A DNA stretch of 63,016 nucleotides, filler included, from Rhabdomonas costata (taxonomy: Eukaryota), in the NCBI GenBank assembly GCA_019059605.1. It is 28 parts of 28 records of this genome, joined end to end, with 100 filler letters (N's around TTAATTAATTAA, not from the genome) between each part and the next. Parts side by side here need not be neighbours in the genome. Positions count along the whole stretch, not along the records: positions 1 to 2,156 come from JAHMHO010005203.1; positions 2,257 to 4,413 come from JAHMHO010005204.1; positions 4,514 to 6,669 come from JAHMHO010005205.1; positions 6,770 to 8,925 come from JAHMHO010005206.1; positions 9,026 to 11,181 come from JAHMHO010005207.1; positions 11,282 to 13,482 come from JAHMHO010005208.1; 22 more parts are not named here. The stretch is one strand, 5' to 3'. Below are positions 1 through 12,229 of the stretch, piece after piece; within the stretch, counting starts at the first letter, position 1; every line of letters starts with the position of its first letter. Below the pieces are notes generated by a model. The model was not told the DNA's origin and did no database searches. It saw only the letters and a program-made list of their open reading frames with translations. The position numbers and the translations under genes are program-made.

Positions 1-448
1 CTGAGGCCACAACCTGCACGGCATTAAGCAGTTATCAAAGGGAGGGGTGCGGAAGTGGGAGAAGCAGGATCCCACCGGGCGCGCGTGGCCTTGAGTGGAG
101 AAATGCAGAAATGCACAGAGCACTTTGAGAAAACGTGAACAAAAGAAGAGAATCGGGGGGTATCAAGAGATAGAACAGCAGCAGGACCGAAAGGAACAGC
201 CGTAAACGCAAACATCGCCTAAAAAAGGTTTTCGGATCGAGGCAAATCGAACCTTGCAAGTGGAATGATTCACTTCCATTGTTAACCGCGGATGATGGTT
301 AAGGTGAACGGAATCCTCACCACCTTCCACCCCCGACGACCACTCCAGTGCTTCAACGGTTGACCGGTTGGACAGGAGCAATAAAAGGCAAATTTTCCGG
401 TCCGACCAGCAGAAATGCAAAACAATGGATGACAGGGCGATGCTCAAC

Positions 449-1498
449 CTTCAGCTTCTTCTTGGAATCAGCTCCCAGGACATTCATGCAGTACGCCCAC
501 TCATCGCGGCTGAACTTATTCGGAGTCTGCGAGTGTGCGTGTGGTGGTGACAGTGGTAATGGTGGGGCATATAAAACTCAAAGGATGAGGCGCGCGTGAG
601 AAGATCGTTCCCCAGGCATTGCGCCGTTCGGAGGATGTCAGCAAACGGCCACTGCAAAACCGTGTGCACGGCTGATTTGGTGGAGATGGCGACCTTCCTT
701 ATGGTAGGACTGCGGCATGGGCATGAGGGGGGAGCAGCAGAGCTCATTCAGATCACATCCAGACCACCCAAGATCGGCGGCGAGGAGGCGTTGCGTGAAA
801 AATAAGGGAAACGGCCACGGAGGATCCTCAAGCAAGAAAAGTACGAGACAAAGCGGGGGGGAGGTCATAGGAGATGGCCAGGAATGGGTTTGGCGGTTCG
901 ACACCTGCGCCTCGCCCTTCCAGACCAGGCAGAGCATCACAATGTCCTCCACGTCGATCCCCAGGGCGTCGGCGAGGGCCAGGAAGGCGCTGCCCTGCAG
1001 CACATCCTCCGCGGGGTCGGCGCCATCCTTCACGGCACAGGCCTTCAGGCTGTCAAAGAGCTGCTCCATTTCCTTGCTGGGCATCTTGGGTTTCCCCGCG
1101 GAGAGCTGCACGTGCAGTGATAGGGTGAGCAATACGAGAAAGGGACGGCATACGCGCGAGGTCACCGTTGCGCAGTGAGCAGCAACAAAAAGATCTAGCC
1201 GTACAGCTGGTGTACATATCGCAAACAAAATAGATGACATTCAAGCTTACGTCGTCGCCTCAGTGGGACTGAGTCCACGGGTAGGGGCGGGTACCTGCTT
1301 GATCGGCCGAGTTCTGTATGTGCCGTCCTCGGTCTGCCGCAGCTGGTTCAGGTCCAGGGTGAAGGCTTTGCGGTTGACTTTTAGGCTGACTACCCGCTTG
1401 CCCGCCTGCCGGGCGTCCTCAATGGCGCGGCACTGTGGGAGGTCATAGGGGGTCCAGTTGCCAGCCTCGTCCTGCCAGGCCCACACCGCGGTGGTCAT
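449..1498 (-). CDS. WWE-domain / DCN1 (DCUN1D, cullin-binding neddylation co-E3)-like protein, 5' part; exons 1498-1295, 1105-905, 526-449, continuing off the contig
   Basis: Three phase-0 GT-AG joined exons. Exon 1 gives MTTAVWAWQDEAGNWTPYD..IEDA..FTLDLNQLRQTEDGTYRTRPIKQ (WWE). Exons 2-3 give MEQLFDSLK..LADALGIDVEDIVMLCLVWKGEAQ|TPNKFSRDEWAYCMNVLGADSKKKLK (DCN1 PONY pattern). Confidence 0.8.
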
Positions 1499-2156
1499 CC
1501 CAGCGCTTCCTCTCTCTTTCTCCTTCTGTCAAGTCACGCAACACCCACTCCCTCCCTCCCTCTATCTCTCTCTCCCACCAGCACAGAGGTCCGAAAGCAC
1601 TGGCTTCAAACTCACAAAGGAAAAATGCAGGAGGCAAAGAGCGCCTGCAAGCAACAGCCAGGCAAGGTGGCGAACTGCAGGGTGCCATAACTAGAATTCA
1701 ACGCCGAACTTGTTATAAGCACGAAACGGGCGCCCGCATAATGGTTTTCTTAAGATTGAGCCCTCGTGAAGAAATCGAAACCCACCATTCCCCGACTGCC
1801 GCGGATTCAAACTTGGGAATGGGGTGAACGCTGCGGAGAGCAAAGATCAGCCGAAAAACGTCGGAATGAAGCCCCCACTCTGGAACCTCTGGATCTCAGG
1901 GCGCTTGAAAATTCTTTGTTTGCATACAAAGTCAGCAAGCAAAGTCAGGGAGCACGGATTCTATTGTAAGTTATCGACAGCGCGGAAAGCAATGCAGCGA
2001 TTTCGCCCCTTATTATTTTTTTACACGGGTCTAGAAGTAGTTCACAGGCACTGGAGCTTGCGGGGGTGCTCGAACTGCCCCGGAACGCCCCGAGATGCCG
2101 GAGCCGCCCTACATAACACAAAGAGCAGAGGGCAGACAACAACTTGCACAACCAAC

Positions 2157-2256
2157 NNNNNNNNNNNNNNNNNNNNNNNNNNNNNNNNNNNNNNNNNNNN
2201 TTAATTAATTAANNNNNNNNNNNNNNNNNNNNNNNNNNNNNNNNNNNNNNNNNNNN
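2157..2256. other. Artificial contig-joining spacer (N44-TTAATTAATTAA-N44); first of 27
   Basis: Identical 100-nt spacers start at 2157, 4414, 6670, 8926, 11182, 13483, 15734, 17989, 20245, 22499, 24753, 27007, 29261, 31514, 33748, 35988, 38242, 40495, 42748, 45000, 47252, 49504, 51756, 54008, 56261, 58513 and 60765. TTAATTAATTAA places stops in all six frames. Confidence 0.99.
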
Positions 2257-3699
2257 TGTTCTCTTTTGCTTCTCTTTTTCTCCCCCATTTTTTCCATGCT
2301 TCTCGCTGTCTCTCTTTCTCTACTTTTTGGACTCATTTGCACCTCTTTTTTTTTCTCTCTCCTGATATGTGGTCTCGCTAGCTTCTGGAGTTTTTGTCAT
2401 CTTCTTCAGCTGTTGTTATTCTTTAGCTTTTCGTCACGCTCTGTTTATTATTGTCGGCTTGCCATCACGCACCGGGATCCCACTGCGCTTTTTCAAGTCC
2501 TCTTCTCAACTCTTCTACTCAACTGCATTGCTGGCCATGGACTTGCTGACTCAACCCGCAGCCTGCTACACTTTAACGCCACCTTCTTGTCCTCCAGGGG
2601 CTGCTTTCCACGGGCTTATGGCTCAAATCCTCCAAACCTGCGCGGACAACTCGTCGTGTGCTCAGCTTTGTGTCCTTGTCCTCCTCAACGGCGTCCTGTT
2701 TTCCGCCGCATTTGCTTCAAAGCTTCAGCTTGACCGCCTCTGCTCATAAAACAACTCCATTTCTGAAACCTCCTCGGGCCTTTGATCTGCAAAACTGCCA
2801 TATCACAATACCCGTCCTTACGAACTTCCTAATACTAAATTGCTTTTCTACTGGTCTTGCGCGGATTTGCGAATTTCTTGAACACCTTCAAAGCCTCAAC
2901 TGATTTCTTCTCTTTAGAGCTTCTGAGCTCCTCACAGACTTCTGCTACTAACAAAGCTTGCAAGTTACTACGAAATTTTGTCTGACTTGCCAAGCTGTCT
3001 CATTTATCTTCTATTGCACAACGTTCTTTTTACGTATGCTGAGCCGTTACGCAGGTCTCATCAGATCGCAGTGCATGTCAATGAATTAGGTGGTATGTGA
3101 TGCGTTGATTCAATATGTGCACTAGTGTTAAAATTAACAATTGACACTTATTCAAGGTGTATTTTTCAAAGATTGCGGTAAGCTGTTTGTTAGAAGTGTG
3201 CAAGATGCTGCTGGTATTTGTAATGTTTGTAGGTGCAGTGTTTTGCACAAAGTGCATTGTGTTTAGTACAAATAAGGTTAGTTGATACTTCATATGGTTA
3301 TATTTATTAGGCTTAAGTGCGCTATTGTAACCACGGGAGGATTAAAGTATTTTTCTCGCAGGTAATTATGGAGCCATGCACATGCGTGGCCGTCCTGTGT
3401 GTATCCGCCATCCCATTATGTCGCGTTGCTACATTTTCTTCAGATAATGTTTTCTTTGTTTATTTTTGATACTTTGTGCAATCATAAGTAGAAACTGAGG
3501 GTGTTTTCAGAGAAGTATGGCATGCTTTGCTCTACTCCTTCAATCTGTTTGACTTGTGCAGGCCAGGTGTCTGATGTGCAGCATTGCCTCACGTGAGGTG
3601 TAAGAGAATGTGTTGTCGCATCTGTATTTACTCTGCATCGAGATAATTTCTGAAGGATGCCACATATCTTTCAAGCAGCTCATCTACCTCTTCTACTTC

Positions 3700-4150
3700 T
3701 GGTCGTAATTGTGGAGTCTATCTGGCCGTTGACATGCTCTTTCATGGGAAACACTGTGTTACTGATTGGAGCCTGCGACTCAGAGTTTTTGTGTTTAAAG
3801 CAGAAGCGGCTGCGGAGAAACCCATCGATGGAAGGGTTTGGTGTGTTTGGTGCAGATATTCTGGAATTGAAATTCGACTAGTGGCAGAAGGGAGATGATA
3901 TAGAGCTCCGGTTTGTCCCTCCCAGTGTCGATGATTTGGAAGCTATTTTTATTTCAAAGAAAATGACCACCCTGTTTACTGATGGTGCTCGTTGTTACAG
4001 TGCTGAGGCCAAAAAAGATTATTTGTATCATGGGTCTGGCGTGTACGCAAAGTCTGCTACAGTGGACGGAAAGGTCCGTAGTGTACAATGTGTTGTAGCA
4101 CTGATACCACAATGACTGCCAGGTAGCCTGCAAGATAAATGGTCAGGTCG
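3700..4150 (+). pseudogene. Decayed ISXO2/IS1595-like (Merlin) DDE transposase remnant
   Basis: Stop- and frameshift-interrupted translation includes KMTTLFTDGARCYSA..YLYHGSGVYAKSATVDGKVRSV..DKW, resembling the TD-x3-Y..H..W pattern of ISXO2/Merlin transposases. The context is AT-richer and intronless. Confidence 0.35.
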
Positions 4151-4284
4151 CAGTGAAGGAATGTTTTTTAAACTGATGATAAAATAAACGTTTTGGTTTC
4201 AGAAAGTGTGTGGTTTCATCGCTCATTAAACGGCAGGCACTTTTTTCTATTACCATGTACTGGATTGGTAAATGTAATGGTATA

Positions 4285-4410
4285 GTGTGTTAATATCTCA
4301 TTCACTTAATTGTATCATTGCTGTAATGGGGTAAAAGTTTGGTAAGATGGTTAGGTGTACTGTACAATGTGATTGCTGTATTACAAAAAGTGAATGAGAT
4401 ATTAACACAC
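4285..4410. repeat. Perfect 23-bp inverted repeat at the contig end
   Basis: GTGTGTTAATATCTCATTCACTT (4285-4307) and its reverse complement at 4388-4410. Confidence 0.95.
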
Positions 4411-4801
4411 ACANNNNNNNNNNNNNNNNNNNNNNNNNNNNNNNNNNNNNNNNNNNNTTAATTAATTAANNNNNNNNNNNNNNNNNNNNNNNNNNNNNNN
4501 NNNNNNNNNNNNNGGGGGGTGGGCTGCAGGCTGGCACGGTCACCAGTGGTTTGGCAACCCTGCACCTCTCCGTTGTCTTTGTCTTCGTTTCCCCCACATT
4601 ATGCGATATAATGTGATCAAGCTTTCGATTGCATTGTTTCCCATACTTAGAATGCTTAGATTGGGGCAAACCATTGAACTGGCGCGGGGTGGGACAGCTC
4701 ATTTGCTGTGTGTGCTTTTTTTTTCCGCATCGGCATTCCAAGGTAGGGAAACGCTCTGGAACTTTACGGCTCCGCTAAAGCGCTATCTCGTCTTAATCTA
4801 G

Positions 4802-6298
4802 GAAGCGTGTACCCGATCGAGGTGCGCAAGCAGATGTTCCTGGAGGTCTCCGTGCTGCCCATGGCGCAGGACCAGTTGCTGGGCTTCACCACCGGAGAGC
4901 TGCTGGTGCTGCACCGGCTGTCCGCTGCGGCGGACGCGCCGGCGGTGTGGCAGATGAGCAACAGCGACACCGGGTTCCGCATGGCGACGATCTCCGCAGT
5001 GTCGTGGGGAACGGACTGGCTGGCCCCTGCCTCCGGGAACCTCAACGGCACCGGGTCGTTGTACAACGCGTCGATCCGGGTATGCTTCTGTGACCTGGGT
5101 TTCTGTCCAATTCCTATGTCGTTGAGTTGATGCGGTAGCAGAACGTAGTTTCGCTTTATTTGCGTCATAGTCCTGGTTTAAGACGGCGGTGCAGAACCCG
5201 GGCACCACAGTGACCTTTGGCTCGGTGTACTTCGCGCTGCACCCCACGGGACCCGCGATGGTGGTGCCCGCGGTGTACCCGGTCACTCAGACGGGGAGTT
5301 CCGTGATGACCTGCGTTGCGGCGATGAACGTTGTGCTTCAGTCGTTGGATGACTTCCTGAAGACGGTACTTGCCGCTGCTCCCCCCACCTTGTCGTTTGT
5401 TCAATTTCTCATGGCTCTGTGTGCCCTGGCGGTGCCCTGGCGCTCAGATCACGGCTTCGCTTCTGTCGGAGACGGTGCTGTTCCTTGTGGAGCGGAAGTC
5501 GGGAGCCCTTCTGGCGAGCTCGATTGCGGGGCAGTCGTTGGTGGGCTCGTACGACGCGGTGACGGGAGCGGCACAAGTTTTGCTTGCCCAGCAGGCCAGC
5601 AGCACGGTAATCCGCAAGATTGCGAGTGCCACGATGGACCCAGTGACGGGTTGGACGCGGTTCACGGGGACCTACGACGAGGACATCCAAACTGGGGACT
5701 ACTACGCCCATGTGGGCCCTATCACGATGCAGGTGTCCGCCTATTCTGTCTTTTCATTGCCTGAATATGCGTTTTTGTGCATTTTGCTTCTGTGTTTGCC
5801 TAATGTCTTATTATTAGGGCCTGGACTGGGTGCTTGTGGTGGGCACGAAGAGGTCGGTGTGGATGGCATACATCAACTCCGGGGTGCCGCTGACGGTGGG
5901 CCTGGTGGCGGCGTGCATCGTGGGGTGTGTTTGTGGATGAATGCCTGTCTGTTCTTATTTGTTCGCATTCTTCGTAGGATGAGTTGACGAACCTCATCCT
6001 ACGCCCTCTCCGCCCTTTTGTGTTCGCATCCTCCGTATTCTGCCTCGAAGCAGACGCGTTTTCGGCTCCTGTGCGTTTAATACCTAATGTTGTTTCTTTT
6101 CAGGTTGTGCCTGGTTTTGTTTGTGATGGTCCGGCTGTCGACATCGCCACTGCTTCGTATCATTGGGCAGCTCTCCCTGCTGCAGGAGCTTGACCTGGAG
6201 CAGGTCAAGCCCTTCAGCCGGCTCTCCGCGCTCAGTGAGGTGGCGACGTTGATGTTGGCTTTCAACGGGCTGGCCGCGGCGCTGAAGGAGTACCGCAA
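4802..6298 (+). CDS. Receptor-type signalling protein (Cache-like extracellular domain, TM, HAMP), probably a receptor adenylyl cyclase; internal exons 4802-5079, 5171-5365, 5448-5732, 5818-5924, 6104-6298
   Basis: Five GT-AG exons with matching phases. They give YNASIR|SWFKTAV (Cache-like R-x-W-F), GLDWVLVVG, a hydrophobic helix VPLTVGLVAACIVGLCLVLFVMV, then HAMP-like SPLLRIIGQL..SALSEVATLMLAFNGLAAALKEYRK. Confidence 0.8.
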
Positions 6299-7760
6299 GT
6301 ATGGAATGCAGCCAAGAGCTGTATATATGATTACATCGTCATGCTTCTCTGTAAGATTATTCCCAGCAAACGAGTAAACGACTCCCGCCAAGGTTCTTTC
6401 GGGCTAACGAACGGAACCATTTGACAGCTGCATTACAAAGAATCCAGTGCTGCTAGTAGTACAGTGTTCACAGTGTGGGTGAAAGAAAATAACTGATTTA
6501 CAGTGGCAGAGAAACAGAAGAGGAGCGGCACTATGCAGGAGGCAAAGGTGGGTTGAAAAAAATTGTCAAATAGGAGGAGTTTCGGTTTTTCGTAATAAAA
6601 AGCTCAGATATTTAAATTAAAAATGTAATTAAAAAAACTTGAGGACACGAAATATGACAACCCCCCCCCNNNNNNNNNNNNNNNNNNNNNNNNNNNNNNN
6701 NNNNNNNNNNNNNTTAATTAATTAANNNNNNNNNNNNNNNNNNNNNNNNNNNNNNNNNNNNNNNNNNNNTTTGTGTGGGGTCGACTTCCCTACCGTTCTC
6801 ATCCATTGAAGCGTTTCGCAGGGGAGGGCTATCGTGGGCCACCCAGATTTTTCACACCATGTTAGAAAGTAACGCAGATTCAAACGCCACTGAAAAGAGG
6901 GACAGTGGAAAAAGTGCACCAAACTCTGAAATCTGCAAATGCAAACTACTCCCGCACGGGAAAAATCGTGTCATCACTGCACCTTGATAATTCTGCATCT
7001 AAGGGGAATGCACACTCTGGTTAAGCAGGTATCTTTTCAGTTGTTACCGCGAACTGGGAACAACGGCAAAAATCATGGTAACAAGGTTCGGAAAATGACT
7101 ACTGCCAACCCCTCAAGTACTAAAACAAATTATGCGCATCCAATATGTTCTCGAAAGCACTAAACGTGTGTGAAACCTGCGTTCTTGAAGAAGAAGAGTT
7201 GAGAGAGACATTCCGTTCCTTAGTGGGAACCGATTGAACAATGCTTGGGGATGAATACATTAGTTCAATCAAGCGGAATTTTTAGCAACTCTAAGATTTA
7301 GCCACACCCAGGTTGCTGAAACTCGTTGAGTACGGAATTGGTTCCTCAGGTAACGAGCACTGAAGACAAGTGCTCGGGCCTGTGCGGTTCAGCGCGGGAA
7401 ACAAGAGGCACATATCTACACTGAGACCCTCAACGAAGATGAAATGGGATGAAAGAAGTGAATTGCAATGCAGGTTGCATAGCCCAAATTCTTCCATCCA
7501 GTACATCGCGCGCCTCGCGCACCCTTCTGAAAGCAAGTCAACCGTGGAGAATTAATACTTGCTCTCTGGTCAAGAATGAGAGAATTGTCACACATCGCAA
7601 ACAAAAGATGGGACTCACAATCGCAAGCCCCAGCTCCCAAAGACGGGCAAACAACACAAATAAGAACAAGCACACAAAAATCCATCAAGAGCACACCAAA
7701 AAACACACAGAAGCACACCAAAAAACAGTTCCACCGAAGCGCTGGGAACACTGGTATGAC

Positions 7761-8627
7761 TCATCCAAACCAACGAAGACTTTCCCTAAAGTCATCCATG
7801 GCAGCTCGAGTGGTACCAAGGTCCACCTCAGCCTCTGCAGCTCTTCTCTCATAGCTCCGCAGCTGCACCGCCATGCGCTTCATCGCCGCCTCCATGTCCT
7901 GCTTCAGCTCGCGAAGGGTCGCGTTCTCGGCCTCGAGGGCAGCTAGCCTTTGCTTCGCTCTGTGCAACGACCTCTTGAGCTGCACACCTTGAAGCTGCCA
8001 CTGCGAGACTTCGGCCTGGGTGCTCTGCAGACAGCTCGCTATGGCCTCATTCTCCTGTAAGACCTGTTGCAGCTGGGTTTCCAGAAGCGCTGCCTTGACC
8101 TGCAGGTTTTTTACTGAAGAGCTGGAACGTACAGATCGCAGGGAGTCGTGTTTCTGAGGAACTGGGGGGGATTCCGTGAGCTTTGCATCACAAGAAGGTG
8201 GGGGACTTGCATTTGAGAGTGACTTCCAAGCTCTAGAAAAGACAGAGCCTCGCTTTCGGCTGACTCCTGGCGAGGAGGCGGCTGCTTGGGTATGGAGCTC
8301 TGAGCCCTTGTTGGGAATGACCAGATGTGGGGACTTCTGCTCAGGAGAGGGGCGAGTCGCTTTGCACGTGTATTTATCGACACTTCCCCTTACCGTCGAC
8401 TCACAGTCTGACACCAGGGCAGATCCAAGGTCAGCTGGCCTGCTGTCGGTGCTTCGTCCCCCGCAATTGGCAGCATCCGACGGCTCCGGGGAAGTCGTAT
8501 GGCGTGGCGTCAGAGTGTGACTACCGGGACCTGGACTCGGACTTCGACTCCGACACCAGCTGACCTCGGAGTCCACTGGCGACGAAGGGCGTCTCCCTTC
8601 CAATGCTCTTTTTTGGTTGGTTGCCAT
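7761..8627 (-). CDS. Intronless hypothetical protein (288 aa): Ser/Pro-rich N-terminus, C-terminal coiled coil
   Basis: Long ORF starting MATNQ at 8627, preceded by a pyrimidine-AG (cttgcag). Heptad-rich tail LQVKAALLETQLQQVLQENE..LAALEAENATLRELKQDME. Confidence 0.75.
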   Translation of the reverse strand: MATNQKRALEGRRPSSPVDSEVSWCRSRSPSPGPGSHTLTPRHTTSPEPSDAANCGGRSTDSRPADLGSALVSDCESTVRGSVDKYTCKATRPSPEQKSPHLVIPNKGSELHTQAAASSPGVSRKRGSVFSRAWKSLSNASPPPSCDAKLTESPPVPQKHDSLRSVRSSSSVKNLQVKAALLETQLQQVLQENEAIASCLQSTQAEVSQWQLQGVQLKRSLHRAKQRLAALEAENATLRELKQDMEAAMKRMAVQLRSYERRAAEAEVDLGTTRAAMDDFRESLRWFG

Positions 8628-9291
8628 CTTGATGAGAGAGCGAGAATGACGGTTTGATGAACACACTGTTACCCTGCAAGACAGGTAGGTCACTGAAGCC
8701 TCAGTGCTGAATTGAACTCTGCCCTCCTTGAAAAATACTTGCGAAGAAGCTTCGCCTAAAAAAGGTACAGTCCTGGAAAGAAAGAAAAACTCCTGCAATT
8801 CCAGAAAACAGACACCTCTGACGTCCATATTCACTCAGTAGGTGTGGAAGTACCGAAAGCTGAAAATATCGTGTCTTAATTTTCAACGCAATGTGGGCAT
8901 ATAGTACCCCGCCGAACAAAAACCCNNNNNNNNNNNNNNNNNNNNNNNNNNNNNNNNNNNNNNNNNNNNTTAATTAATTAANNNNNNNNNNNNNNNNNNN
9001 NNNNNNNNNNNNNNNNNNNNNNNNNGTGTGGGGGGGGCGGCCCAAAGGGGGTGCCAGTGAAGACTGACAGAAAGTCAAAACTCGTGTGACTGCGCTTTTG
9101 CTCACTCACCAGCACACATCGCAGTGAGTCAAGAAATGTGCGGGGGTGTCAAGCTGCCTCGTGTCGGCTTCAGGAGAGGAAGGATATTAGGAGGACAGCG
9201 GGGCTTCGTCGGAAGGGCTTTCCCGATGGTTCCTTTCCCGAGTCACACAAACACACATCCGTGCTGCATGCACACACCTCTGGGAGCCCAC

Positions 9292-10712
9292 TTAACGGCC
9301 CCCGGCCGTGGCGGTGGGACTGACCGGAGGCAGCGCTCCGTCCTCGTCGGTGTGCTCCCGGTGGAAGTCCCACGGGATCAGTGCCCTCTCAGTGTACTTC
9401 CCCATCTTGTACGTCCGCATGTCCCCCACCACATCGGTTACTCTTCCTCTCGGGCGGAAGGCCTGCGTGCGGCCAAAGATCCCCCCCTCAACACGCACAA
9501 AAAGAGCCCAGGCGCAGGCCCAGGCACAGGCTTTGTGAAAGGCTTAGCAACCCAAGCTGAGTGGAATGACGGCAGTGGGGTTCGCAAGTCCTGAAATGCT
9601 TGTTCAGAGGCAAAACCTCTATTTGAGCCCATTTATCATTCCCAATCTTGGCTAGACCGATTTTCGAAAGAAAGATGGGCGGGGGCGAAAGGAGGTTAGT
9701 ACGGAACGCATTGCATCCTCCCGTCCGTCCCATCTCTTCCCCGACAGCTCCACTGTGCTCTCAGTCGAGCCTCAGTAGCGAAAAGAGTGACAGCAACTTC
9801 AAAACGACAGTAATTCCCGCATGTCTACATTTTCTCCATGACCAGACCAAAAACAAATAACTGGCTGAAGCAACTCAAGACCGTTTCCCTCCCAACAAAG
9901 CAGACAATGACAAAGAAAAAAATCACCCATCTATGGTATCGGCTGATATAGTGTGTACCATAGATGGGCTGCAGCGCCAAAGAGAATGGAGGCGACACCA
10001 ACCAAGGAACCAAACACATGTTCTCAACACTGCTGTAAGAGGGTGATACTCGAATGTCGGTCCTCTCTTCAGCACACCTCCAGCTCCTTCATTTGGGCGC
10101 CGGGGTCCTCCAGGGAGTTGTTGCCCTTGGGGGCGAGGCTCCACGGCTGGCCCGCCCGCTGGGCCTCGCACAGCTCCGCCATCTGCTTCCGGGTCTGCGG
10201 GGAGGGCTGTTGTGATGTCTGAGGGAAGAAGAAAAAGAAGGTTAGCACGCGCCTACGCGCCCAAATTCGCGAACGGAAATCCCACGTATGAAATCCAACA
10301 ATAACGTTGAAAAACACTATTTGGCACACCCGAGCTAACCCTCAGGTGCCTTCGGCGCAAACAGTACTAAACAGTAAATAGTGAGGGCAGAACCTTTTCA
10401 TGAGGAAAAAGTATCTGTGGTACCTGGTGCACAACAAGGATCCGCATCAGGTCCATGCACTGGGGTGTGGTAAAAAGAGTATCGTAAAGTACCTGTGGGT
10501 TCACAATGTGGATATGTGAGGGCTTGCTTGCGTTGCGTTGCTTTGCATTGCATGCGCCCTGGTCGTACCTTTAGAAAAAGCACCAGGGCATCTGGGGACA
10601 TCGACCGAGCTTTCACTCGGCGGGTGCGCTGCTCCACCCGGAACTCCTCGGAAAGCTCCCTCTGGTTCTGCGTGAACCACTCTGTGGAAATCCCGCCCGT
10701 TTTCCGCACCCC
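9292..10712 (-). CDS. Hypothetical protein, 3' exons ~10712-10617, 10218-10078, 9462-9292
   Basis: GC-rich exons with GT-AG, phase-0 joins, ending ..QMKELE|AFRPRGRVTDVVGDMRTYKMGKYTERALIPWDFH..GGR*. No family recognised. Confidence 0.6.
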
Positions 10713-11415
10713 CTTGATGATGAACCCATTCAGCATCATTCAGCATCAGGAAAAGAACCCTCCAAAAAACCACAGAAACCCAAGGACGCTTCCACAGTAC
10801 TTCCACCTAGCTTCCATCCCCGAAAGTGCCTTTCTTTGAAGTGACACGGACAGAAAACAATTCAACAGCATCCCCCAGAAGTCTCTGCACCCTCCCTTGG
10901 TCAAAAGCAAATTGGAAAACGCCTGTCATATTTTGGCTACCTTTGGGTTCTGTAACACTCTTTTCCCTTGACAGAGTTCACGAGAGGCCAGAAAGGATAG
11001 AGGATAAGTTCGCAAGCTGGGGATTCTGCCAAGTTGTCCACGATATACGATGGTGATTACTCCCATATTTAGCAAATTTTGTTTTCCGTTCAGAACCTCT
11101 CAGCAGTAGATGCCAAAACTGAGCCGATACAACAGTAAGGGTTAATTTGTTCGCCGCGCATCCATTGGTCCACAACAACCCNNNNNNNNNNNNNNNNNNN
11201 NNNNNNNNNNNNNNNNNNNNNNNNNTTAATTAATTAANNNNNNNNNNNNNNNNNNNNNNNNNNNNNNNNNNNNNNNNNNNNGGTGCTGTGGCTGCTGCCT
11301 GGTTCCTGTCTCCGGTGCTACGTTCCTTCCTTTCCGGCTTTGCACTCCCAAGTTAGTATCCAGATCTCGGGTTCCTTACGTGCACGTGTGTTATTATTAT
11401 TACTATGGTATGGTG

Positions 11416-11470
11416 TAGTGTAGTGTAGTGTAGTGTAGTGTAGTGTAGTGTAGTGTAGTGTAGTGTAGTG
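11416..11470 (+). repeat. (TAGTG)11 microsatellite
   Basis: Eleven perfect pentamer copies. Confidence 0.97.
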
Positions 11471-12229
11471 TGCGTTGTAGCGTTGGGTGTGGTTGTGGTT
11501 GAGGCGATGCGTTAGTGCTTTGTGTGTTGCTCTGTTACGTTGTGTTGGTGTCAGTGGCTTGGGGTGTCGATGCGTAGGATGGTGTCAGGTGAGTCGGAGT
11601 CTGGGGTTCTGTGCGTTGTCAAGCTGAGGGTCATGGTGTGTGTTGGAGTGACGATGTTGGGTTCTTGCGTGTGGATTTCAGGGTGTCAGGGTTTGCGTGG
11701 AAGTTGGAGGGTGGTTGCTGGTGATGCGTCTCAGGGTGTAAGGGCTGTACTGTGCTTCTGTGTGTAAGGGTGTTGGTGTTCTTGACGTGTGGGGTTCGTG
11801 GCGTGGTGTTTTTGGGTCTCAGGGTGTTGAGGGGTTCAGGTGTCAATGCGTTCTGTGTCAGTGCTTCTACAGTGTATGTTGGTGTCATGGTGTTCTGTGT
11901 TTCTAGGGGCTTTGTGTGAGGATGTTGGGGGTTGAGGTGTGAGGGGTTCGTGAGGCTATGGGTATCAGCATGACTATGGGTGAAGAATGCAGTAACTCAG
12001 CATGACTATGGGTGATGAAGATGCCAAAGATGCCAAGATGCCTAAACCCACCTGATGCCTTCCTACCGCAGGTGCCTTCTACTACGGATGGCTCCGTCTA
12101 AGCCTTCACCTTCTACCGGTATCTTCCTCTGTGGCTACGCCAGGACGGAACGAGTGAAGGCGCCTTGTGGCGGTGGAACGAGTGAAGTGACAGGTGTATA
12201 AGAGGTGAGTTGAGAGGGAGGGAGGCATG

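Noticed and set aside
1247-1294. Strong GTAAG donor at 1250, or a stand-alone 83-aa WWE ORF
   Set aside because: That donor is phase 2 and does not fit the phase-0 acceptor at 1105. The CAG|GTA donor at 1294 gives a continuous frame.
2266-3000. Hydrophobic plus-strand ORFs as membrane proteins
   Set aside because: They are shadows of a T/C-rich strand. The opposite strand looks like a decayed Lys/Glu-rich frame with many stops.
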